Shown: in pieces, positions 26,730 through 34,559 of the stretch | Layout: the number at the start of each line of letters is the position of its first letter | How positions within the stretch are numbered: the first letter of the stretch is position 1 | Origin: Myxococcota bacterium | Lineage (GTDB): Bacteria; Myxococcota_A; UBA9160 | Length of the DNA: 64,000 nt | Assembly: GCA_035489755.1 (NCBI GenBank) | Contig: DATGZK010000022.1 | Coordinates: forward strand, 29,395 to 93,394 | Direction: 5' to 3' | Notes under the pieces: generated by a model | The model's input: the letters and a program-made list of their open reading frames with translations, nothing else | Database searches by the model: none | What the model was told of the DNA's origin: nothing | Translations under genes and position numbers: made by a program

Positions 26730-28214
26730 CTAGCGGCCGCCCGCGAGGAAGGCGCGAGATCCAAGTCCGAGTTCGCGGATCATGCGCACAAGGTTTGAGC
26801 GGTGTACGCCGAGGCGCTCCGCCGCATGGGCGCGGTTGCCTCCGGCCTCTTCGAGGGCCCTCGCGACGAGCTGCGACTTAAAGTGACGAACGGCGTCGGC
26901 ATAGTGGCCGCCGTGGACGATCGTCCCCTGGAGCATCTTGGAGGAGAGGGCATCCGGGGTGACCAGCGCTCCCGGAGCGAGCAGCGCATAGAGTCGCTCG
27001 ACTTCGTTCTCGAGCTCGCGCACGTTGCCGGGAAAGTCGTAGGCGCAGATCCGGACCACAGCGCTGGGATCGAACTGCAAAGGCGCCACACGAAGGCGCT
27101 CTGCCACGCGCGTCGCGATATGGCGCACGAGCTCCGGGAGGTCGCCCTCGCGCTCGCGCAAGGGCGGAATCACGATCGAGAGCACATCGAGGCGATAGAA
27201 GAGATCCCTGCGGAAGGCTCCGCTCCGGACCGCGGCGTCCAGATCGTGATGAGTCGCGGCGATGACACGCGCGCGGGAGTGGCGGACCTCGGTCTCCCCC
27301 AAGCGACGAAACTCACCGAGCTCAAGGAAGCGCAGGAGCGCTCCTTGCAGCGCGGTCGGCATGTCCGCGATCTCATCGAGGAACAGCGTTCCACCGTCCG
27401 CGGCTTCGACGAGCCCAGACTTCGCGCACGAGGCGCCGGTAAATGCGCCGCGGGCGTGCCCAAACAGGACGCTTTCGAGCAGAGTCTCCGTGAAGATCGC
27501 GCAATTGACCGGCACGAACGGGCCCGGCGCGCGGCCGCTTGCGGTGTGGATGGCTCGGGCCACGAGTTCCTTCCCGGTGCCCGTCTCCCCGCGGATCAGC
27601 ACCGGTACGTCGCTCTCCGACGCGCGCCGCGCGGCCGCGCGCAGCCGCCGCGCGGCCGCGCTTGATCCGACGAAGGCCTCAAATCCGTAGCGCTCGTCGA
27701 GCTCCCCCTGGAGACGGTGGTTCTCGCGCGAAAGCTTGCGGTTGCTGGCCGCAAGCACTTTGTTCTTTTCTTGCAGCACCTCGATCAGGTGCAAATCGGA
27801 CTCGCGCAAGCGCGCAATCACCATCCGCAGCAGATCCATGACGGCCTCTGAACTGCGGGTCACGGCTTCCATGAAAGCATCGCGCGGGAGCCACAGGGCC
27901 GTGACCGCCGTCTCCGCAGAGGCACTCGCTGAGCGCGGACCATCATCGAAGAGCGCCATCTCGCCGATCCAATCCCCATCTTGCCGAGCAGCGATGACTC
28001 TCTCTTCCCCTCCCGCAAACTGCTTGCGCACCGCCACCTGCCCGGAGAGCAGGAGGAAGACCCCGTCCGCCGGCTTCCCCTCCTCGATGAGGCGCGAGCC
28101 TGGGGCGAAGCGCCGCACCCGGCCGCGGCTTGCCAGTCGGTCGAGTTCTCCCAGCGGGAGGCGCTGCAGCGCGGGAGCAAGGCGCATGCGATCGAGGAGG
28201 ACAAGGTGGTCCAT
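26730..28214 (-). CDS. sigma54-dependent transcriptional activator with N-terminal cNMP-binding (CAP-like) domain
   Basis: Phosphate-binding cassette GEMALFDDGPRSASA. AAA+ core with GETGTGKE and GAFTGA. C-terminal Fis-type HTH AAERLGVHRSNLVRMIRELGL. ATG set at 28214. Confidence 0.88.
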   Translation of the reverse strand: MDHLVLLDRMRLAPALQRLPLGELDRLASRGRVRRFAPGSRLIEEGKPADGVFLLLSGQVAVRKQFAGGEERVIAARQDGDWIGEMALFDDGPRSASASAETAVTALWLPRDAFMEAVTRSSEAVMDLLRMVIARLRESDLHLIEVLQEKNKVLAASNRKLSRENHRLQGELDERYGFEAFVGSSAAARRLRAAARRASESDVPVLIRGETGTGKELVARAIHTASGRAPGPFVPVNCAIFTETLLESVLFGHARGAFTGASCAKSGLVEAADGGTLFLDEIADMPTALQGALLRFLELGEFRRLGETEVRHSRARVIAATHHDLDAAVRSGAFRRDLFYRLDVLSIVIPPLREREGDLPELVRHIATRVAERLRVAPLQFDPSAVVRICAYDFPGNVRELENEVERLYALLAPGALVTPDALSSKMLQGTIVHGGHYADAVRHFKSQLVARALEEAGGNRAHAAERLGVHRSNLVRMIRELGLGSRAFLAGGR

Positions 28215-28372
28215 CGCTCGAAGTGTATCAGTTTGAGACGCTCTCAGCGTCAATTGGATGCTCCTGGGAGGGAGGATCAGGTCTTTCGGGACCGCGAAAC
28301 GACACGGGAGCGCGTCTCAAGGCCCACACCACGGGTTGTCCCTCAGGAACAGATGTTGCTCTTGGTTCTTGC

Positions 28373-29956
28373 GTGCCCTCGCCCCATCCCCTGGGTCCGC
28401 TTCTTGGCCGAGCGTCCGATTGGACCCTTTGGGCGGGGGCCCTCTCGGGCCTGCTCCTTGCGCTCGCTCTCGTGCCCCGGGGCACGGGCCCCCTCTCCTT
28501 CGTGGCGCTCGTTCCCCTGCTTGCCGCGCTCGAGTCGGCTCCGCCTCCGGGTTTGGCCCTGCGTGCCGGCTTTGCCTGCGGGCTTGTGCTTTTCCTCCTC
28601 GGCGGCGCGTGGGTACCGTTCGCGGGGACACAGAGGCTAGGACTTCTCCTCACCTACCTTCTCTTTGCGCCGGTGCTCGCGCTTCCCGTGGCAGGGTTCG
28701 CGCTCGCGGCGGCGTGGCTCCGCCGCTTCGGACAAACGACGTTCCTCGTCGCAACGCCGGCCCTTTGGGTTACGACTGAGCTTGCGCGCTACTCGAGCGA
28801 GCTCGGCAGCCAGTTCCATCTCGGGTATTCGCTCGCCGACCATCCCGCGTTGATCCAGCTCGCCGCCCTGGGCGGCGTCCACCTGGTATCGCTCTGGATC
28901 GCGGCCGTGAACGCCACGCTCGTAGGAGCCGCGCTTGCCCCTCGGCGCGTCTTTCCCGCTCTCCTTGGGCTTGTGGTTCTCCCGTGTGCATTCGGCGCTG
29001 CGGCATCGCGCGCCGCCCCGCAGGCTGCTCCCGAGCGGCGCATCACGGTGGCTGGGGTTCAGCCGGAGGTTCGCGCACACGAGCGTCATGTGCCCGAGCG
29101 CTTTGACGACCACCTGCGCGAGCTCCTCGGGCTCTCGGAGCGAACGCTCGGCGATCGACCCGATCTCATCGTCTGGCCAGAGTCGGCCTTCGAGCGGCTC
29201 AGCCCCGCAGCCGGCGCTCCGTTTCTCGGTGCAATTGCCCACCACCTTGGTGTCCCGCTTCTGAGCGGCGTCTGGCGTCTTGCCCAAGGCGAGCCGGCCT
29301 CGCTGCGCAACTCTTCTGTTCTCGCCACCCCGGACGGGGCAGTCATCGTCGCTGCAGACAAGGTGAATCCGATCTGGGTATACGAGAGCGCTCCCCGCTC
29401 GCCCCTCGGCCGGCGACTCGCGGCGGCCGGAATCTGGCCGGGGCGCTTTGGCGCAGGGCCCATCCCCGACGTCCTCCTCGTACCGCGACCGGCCGGTCCG
29501 ATCCGGCTTGGCGTTCTTGTGTGCGTGGACACGACCTATCCCGAGCTCGCCCGGGATCTGCGCCGGCGCGGCGCTGAGATTCTCGTCACGGTCGCAAACG
29601 AGGCCGACTTGGGGCCGCTCACCAGCGCACTCCAGGCGCGAATCGCCCGGGTCCGGGCGGTCGAGAGCCGCGTGCCTCTCGTTCGCGTCGCAAACACGGG
29701 CCCAAGTGAATGGATCGATGCGCGCGGGCGCGTTGTCGCTTCGATGGAGCCCGGGGCTTCGGGAGCAGGGACTGCAAATCTCGATCTCGGCGAGGACGCA
29801 CCTCCCTACGTCCGTTTCGGCGGGGCGCCTGTCTCGACCCTCGCGATCGCAACTCCTGCCTTCCTCGCTGCGCTCGGCCTTGCGAGGCAAAAGCGGCGCG
29901 CGCTCCGTGGACGCGGCCGGAGTCCTCTCAACCTCATTGAGGAGAATTGTGTATGA
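28373..29956 (+). CDS. lnt: apolipoprotein N-acyltransferase
   Basis: Multi-TM N-terminal half plus a CN-hydrolase domain (LIVWPESAF ... VCVDTTYPE). Start is uncertain: I chose GTG 28373, and the track start 28130 overlaps the divergent activator. Confidence 0.8.
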   Translation: MPSPHPLGPLLGRASDWTLWAGALSGLLLALALVPRGTGPLSFVALVPLLAALESAPPPGLALRAGFACGLVLFLLGGAWVPFAGTQRLGLLLTYLLFAPVLALPVAGFALAAAWLRRFGQTTFLVATPALWVTTELARYSSELGSQFHLGYSLADHPALIQLAALGGVHLVSLWIAAVNATLVGAALAPRRVFPALLGLVVLPCAFGAAASRAAPQAAPERRITVAGVQPEVRAHERHVPERFDDHLRELLGLSERTLGDRPDLIVWPESAFERLSPAAGAPFLGAIAHHLGVPLLSGVWRLAQGEPASLRNSSVLATPDGAVIVAADKVNPIWVYESAPRSPLGRRLAAAGIWPGRFGAGPIPDVLLVPRPAGPIRLGVLVCVDTTYPELARDLRRRGAEILVTVANEADLGPLTSALQARIARVRAVESRVPLVRVANTGPSEWIDARGRVVASMEPGASGAGTANLDLGEDAPPYVRFGGAPVSTLAIATPAFLAALGLARQKRRALRGRGRSPLNLIEENCV

Positions 29957-30756
29957 GATCTCCCTGCGGTTTTGCGCTTCGGGGCTTCGTCTCAAGGGCA
30001 GCGACCGCCGTTTGCCTTGTGGGGGGCGCGCTCGGTTGGACCGGTCCTGCCGAAGCCGGCGACGGAAACGCCATGGTCGGAGTCGGCGCGAGCAGTCCCA
30101 CGTACTACCAGCAAATGGTCGGAAGCCAACCGCTGGCGGCGCTCGAGTCCGTCTCCCCCGGCGTCCCTACGGCTCTTGCGATCGCCAATTGTTCCGCGAC
30201 GGTCGAGTACCTGCACACGGCGCAGCCCGACGGATCGGTCGAGTGGGATGCCCTTGTCCAAGGGTTCCAACGAAACCATGAGCGCGTGAACGCGGTCTAC
30301 GACATGGTCTTTGTGCTGCCTCTTCCGACAGCACCCTCGGGGGCTGCGGCCTTCACTCCCCTGGACTCGGCCATCGTTCCTCAGGTGGGCACCCAAGCCG
30401 CTTCGGTGCCGCTCCTTTACGGCGGCGAGCCGATTGTGCTCAAGCGCAATGTCGGGCTCGAGAAATCCCTCTTGCCAGGGCTCGTGGGCGACCCCAGCCA
30501 AGGCCAACTCCCGAGCCTTGAGGGGACAGGCTATGGCTACACACTCTGGGACACGATTGTTCAGTATGATCCCGACTACGGACCTACGATCCAGGGGTGG
30601 GCAAGCTTTCACTATGCAACCGACACGACGGTGCGTCCGCCGGTCGCATCGGACGCGCGCATGAAAGCGTATCTCATCACGTGGATCCCCACGCTCAACC
30701 CGAACATCCCCCCGTACACGGTGCGCCTGGCGGTCAAGGACCCGAGCGCGCCGTAG
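29953..30756 (+). CDS. secreted protein of unknown function
   Basis: ATG overlaps the lnt stop (ATGA) and is preceded by GAGGAG. Signal peptide ends AEA/GD. No recognisable domain. More A/T-ending codons than neighbours. Confidence 0.7.
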   Translation: MRSPCGFALRGFVSRAATAVCLVGGALGWTGPAEAGDGNAMVGVGASSPTYYQQMVGSQPLAALESVSPGVPTALAIANCSATVEYLHTAQPDGSVEWDALVQGFQRNHERVNAVYDMVFVLPLPTAPSGAAAFTPLDSAIVPQVGTQAASVPLLYGGEPIVLKRNVGLEKSLLPGLVGDPSQGQLPSLEGTGYGYTLWDTIVQYDPDYGPTIQGWASFHYATDTTVRPPVASDARMKAYLITWIPTLNPNIPPYTVRLAVKDPSAP

Positions 30757-30779
30757 GGGATGGAAGGCGGGGCTGACCC

Positions 30780-33700
30780 ATGAGCCAGGTCTGTCCGAAA
30801 TGCGGCGAACCGGACCTACCGCAGAGAAGCCGGTTCTGCCTCTCGTGCGGGGCGCCGTGCGATCTCCCGCAAGAGCCCCACGACCAAGGCGCCGGCCAAG
30901 GCCCCTACACACCCGCCCACCTGACGCGCGAGGTCCTCAAATCGCAAGGGGCCCTCGAGGGTGAACGCAAGGAGGTGACGGTCCTCATAGCGGATGTCGT
31001 CCGCTCGCTGGAGATGGCCGAGGCTCTCGATCCCGAGGACGTGCACAGCGTCATGGATGGATTCTTCGAGCTGGCAGTCGAAGCCGTTCACGCCCAGTGC
31101 GGCACGCTCAACCAGTTCCGAGGCGATGGATTCATGGCTCTCTTCGGTGCACCGCGCGCCCAGGGAGAGGATGCGGTCCGAGCCCTGCGTGCCGCTCTCG
31201 AGGTCCGTGCGCGCACGAAGACCTACAGCGAGCGGATCCAGGAACGCTTCCGGCTCCCCCTTGCCCTGCGCATGGGCGTGCACACGGGCACCGTCTGGGT
31301 GGGCTCCATCGGAACCGATCTGCGCATGGACTACACGGCGGAGGGACCCACCGTGGGATTGGCAGCTCGCCTGGAGCAGGCAGCGGCGCCGGACGAAATC
31401 TTGATCAGTGAGGAGACCGCGCGCCGCGCGGGCCAGTACTTCGATCTCATCGATCTCGGCCCTCGTGCGCTGCGTGGCCTGCGCGATCCCGTGCGGGTGT
31501 ACAGGCTTGCGGGTCCAGGACGATTCGAGACACGAATGGACGCGGAGAGATCGCGAGGGCTCACGCCGTTCGTGGGTCGCCGCAATGAGCTCATCCGGCT
31601 AGTCGACGCAGAGGTGCGCGCTGCGGCGGGCCGGACCGTCTTGGTGGAGATCCGTGGGGAGGCTGGGCTTGGAAAGTCGCGGCTCGTCCTCGAGCACAGA
31701 GCCGGCGAGAGCGCTGGGCTCCAGTGCCTCGAGCTCGGCTGTCGCGAGACCAACGCGAAGCGCGCCTTCGCACCTGTGCTCGACTGCCTGGAGCGCTGGC
31801 CGGAGGGTCTTCCCGATCCCGGCGAGGCTGCGCGACTGGGGGGCATCCTCGCCAACCCCTCCGCCCATCCGATGGTGCAGCGAGCAGAGGTCATCGATGC
31901 GCTTCACGCCCTCTTCGTGCGCGCCGCGAGATCCACTCGCCTCCTCCTCGCGGTGGAGGACCTGCAGTGGATGGATCCATCGACACGACTGTGGCTCGAT
32001 GCGCTGCTGACGCGCACGCCGTCCGCGCCGCTCCTCGTGCTGGCGACTTCCCGACCCGAACATGAGTCGCGCTGGCCAGAGGGTGCGCAGATGGAGTCGA
32101 TCGAGCTTGCGCCCCTCGAGACCTCAGAGGCCCAGGCGCTCGCGCATCACATCGTGACGGGACTCCCGGATGAGAACACCTTCGTCGCACTCGCGGTGCA
32201 GCGCGGGGGCGGGAACCCGCTCTTCGTGGAAGAGGTGTCTCGGTCTCTTCGCGATGGCTCGGAGGAGCTTCGCCGCTCTGCGCGTCTCGAGATGGCGCTG
32301 CGGGGTGCGGCCGTCCGGGTCCCTGAAACACTACAAGGTGTGATCGCGGCGCGGGTCGACGCGCTGCAGGACCAGGAAAAGCGGCTCCTCGAGGCCATGT
32401 CCGTGCTGGGGCTTCCTGTCGGGCTGGATCTCTTGCGTGAGATCGAGCCCGCGGCGCAAGGCCACGCCGCGCGCATGCTCGAGGACCTGTGCGCGCGGGG
32501 GCTGCTTTGCGTCGACCGCACCGAAGCCTACGATTTCCGTCACGGGCTTGTGCGCGAAGTCGCGTACGGCCAAATCCTGCGATCGCGACGCCGGGGGCTT
32601 CACCGCAGCTGCGCCGAGGCCCTCGCCAGCCTTCCGGACTCCAAGAGCCCGGCGCTCTCCTCACGGGTCGGGACTCACTACGATCTCGCAGGAGAGGCGG
32701 CCCGCGCGCTTCCCTATCTCTTGCGCGCGGGAGAGGCGTACCTGCGGCTCCACGCAGGGATCGAAGCGACCGCCCACTTGCAGCGGGCCTGGGAGCTCGT
32801 TCAAGACGGCTGCGTCGAAGACGCAGCCACTCGGGCGACGGTCGGCCTCTCCCTCGTTTCTGCCTTCAATCTCGTCGATCGCTCCGGCGAGGCCGCAGCC
32901 GTCCTCGAGAGCTTGCAGGGTCAAGGGCTAGAGGAATCGGACCGGCTCCGTCTGGGGAGTGCGTACATCGAGGGCGGCTGGATCAGCTACACGAGCCGCA
33001 ATCAGTTCGAGCGAGCCGTCACGCTGGTCGAGCATGGCGTAGCTCTTGTGGAGAACATCTCCGAAGGCCGGGCAATCGAGGGCCGGGGACACGTCTACCT
33101 TTTGCGGCTCTACCAGCTGGACGGTGAGGTGTCGCGCTCGCTGTCCGCCGCACGCAGGCTGCTCGAGATCGCGACCGCAGCGGGAGACCGCTGCGGACGC
33201 GCCTACGCCCTCGCCAATCTCGCAGCAACCTACTGCGACCGCGGAGAGATCGAGCTGGCCGCTCAAACCATGGAGGACGCCCTCGCCCTCGCGCAGGAGA
33301 GCGAGAACGAACTCACCATCGGAATGTGCCTCGGCCTCCAAGCAAAAGTCTGGGTGTTTCGAGGCGACGCAGAGCGAGCGCTCGCGGCTGCAGACCTCGC
33401 CTGCCAGTCGAGCGAGCGCGCGGGGCAGGTCGGCGGGCAATACATCGCCGCGGCATGGCGCGGGCACGCCTACCTCCTCCGCGATGAGCCCGCAAAGGCT
33501 GCGGCGGAGTTCGATCGGCTCGCCGTCCTCAACCCGAGCTGGCCCAGTACGTTCGATCAGCGGGCGCGCGGTCGCCTTGAGCTCGGCCGCGCCGCGGAAG
33601 CCGTAGAGTTGGCTCGCGCTTGTCTCGCACTGCATCCGCCGCGGCTCATACGCGCTCGCGCTCTTTGCAGCCTCGGGCGAGCCATCGCGGCCTCGCAGCC

Positions 33701-33998
33701 GGGTGCGGCGGACCAGGCCGAAGCCGCGCTCGGCGAGGCCGTCTCCCTCTGCGACGCCCTCGGCCTTCGGCCCCAACTGGCCGAAGCGCATCTTGCGCTC
33801 TTCGAGGTGTGTGCGCTGCGCGGCGACCGCGACCGTGCCATCTACTTCGCAAAGCGAGCCGAGCGTGGCTTCGAATCCTGCGGAATGCGCGTTCAAGCAC
33901 GTCGTGTTGCCGAACAGGCAGCACGGCTCGCAGATCCGTCGGACCTTTCGCGTGGGCTGGGCGACACTCCACCGAAAAATGAGCGCAACTCCGTGTAA
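30780..33998 (+). CDS. zinc-ribbon / class III nucleotidyl cyclase / STAND (AAA_16) ATPase / TPR multidomain protein
   Basis: 1072 aa. CPKCG...CLSCG ribbon. Cyclase strings VTVLIADVV, RGDGFMALFG, GPTVGLAARLE. Walker A GEAGLGKS and Walker B LLAVEDLQWMD. Long C-terminal helical-repeat region. Confidence 0.88.
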   Translation: MSQVCPKCGEPDLPQRSRFCLSCGAPCDLPQEPHDQGAGQGPYTPAHLTREVLKSQGALEGERKEVTVLIADVVRSLEMAEALDPEDVHSVMDGFFELAVEAVHAQCGTLNQFRGDGFMALFGAPRAQGEDAVRALRAALEVRARTKTYSERIQERFRLPLALRMGVHTGTVWVGSIGTDLRMDYTAEGPTVGLAARLEQAAAPDEILISEETARRAGQYFDLIDLGPRALRGLRDPVRVYRLAGPGRFETRMDAERSRGLTPFVGRRNELIRLVDAEVRAAAGRTVLVEIRGEAGLGKSRLVLEHRAGESAGLQCLELGCRETNAKRAFAPVLDCLERWPEGLPDPGEAARLGGILANPSAHPMVQRAEVIDALHALFVRAARSTRLLLAVEDLQWMDPSTRLWLDALLTRTPSAPLLVLATSRPEHESRWPEGAQMESIELAPLETSEAQALAHHIVTGLPDENTFVALAVQRGGGNPLFVEEVSRSLRDGSEELRRSARLEMALRGAAVRVPETLQGVIAARVDALQDQEKRLLEAMSVLGLPVGLDLLREIEPAAQGHAARMLEDLCARGLLCVDRTEAYDFRHGLVREVAYGQILRSRRRGLHRSCAEALASLPDSKSPALSSRVGTHYDLAGEAARALPYLLRAGEAYLRLHAGIEATAHLQRAWELVQDGCVEDAATRATVGLSLVSAFNLVDRSGEAAAVLESLQGQGLEESDRLRLGSAYIEGGWISYTSRNQFERAVTLVEHGVALVENISEGRAIEGRGHVYLLRLYQLDGEVSRSLSAARRLLEIATAAGDRCGRAYALANLAATYCDRGEIELAAQTMEDALALAQESENELTIGMCLGLQAKVWVFRGDAERALAAADLACQSSERAGQVGGQYIAAAWRGHAYLLRDEPAKAAAEFDRLAVLNPSWPSTFDQRARGRLELGRAAEAVELARACLALHPPRLIRARALCSLGRAIAASQPGAADQAEAALGEAVSLCDALGLRPQLAEAHLALFEVCALRGDRDRAIYFAKRAERGFESCGMRVQARRVAEQAARLADPSDLSRGLGDTPPKNERNSV

Positions 33999-34559
33999 GC
34001 ACGGACCCGTCCACAAGACACGGGGCTTCCCCACGCATCGACGTAGATCTTTCTGAGAATCACCGGTGGGAATCGGGCTCAGGGCCCTCTCGGAGCCTTC
34101 GATCAAGAGGATCGTCGCCATCGCCCGTCGCCTCCGCAGGGCAGATATCGGCACCTTTGCGCGGGTGGGAAATCCGTACTCTTATGGAGACCGCCGTCCA
34201 CGAAGGGGGAGCGAAGAAGCCCCCTTCACCGCGCGGGGGCTGGCTCCGAATCGGCGGGATTTGGCAAAAAGAGACTCGGAACGTTCAGAAGCTCCGGGCG
34301 CCCACGTCTTAAGGGGAGGAGCTTCGCCCTCTTCCGCAGTCACCGCCCAGCGCAGGGACGAGACGTTTGCGTGACGTTTCCCGTCACTTCGCGGGCGCAG
34401 GCTCGCGCCGACCCTTCGATTCGTCTTGTTCCATGAAGGCTTCACCGTCACGTCAAACTCGTGAAGCGCGCGCCCCTCTACCTTGATGCCCGATCGCTGT
34501 TTCCTCGGCGACGGGGGCCATCGTATATGGCTCACGAGCGCCGAAGGAGGGAGGAACGG

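Noticed and set aside
26730-33998. Pycsar- or CBASS-like defence reading of cyclase plus cNMP-binding protein.
   Set aside because: The cNMP-binding protein is a sigma54 transcription activator, not a TIR, TM or nuclease effector. The genes are on opposite strands and separated by lnt. The cyclase is fused to a STAND/TPR module typical of signalling proteins.
34202-34227. Hairpin gaaggggg-N10-cccccttc as the terminator of the cyclase-STAND gene.
   Set aside because: There is no T-run on either strand and it lies 200 nt from the stop codon. I kept it only as part of the leader description.
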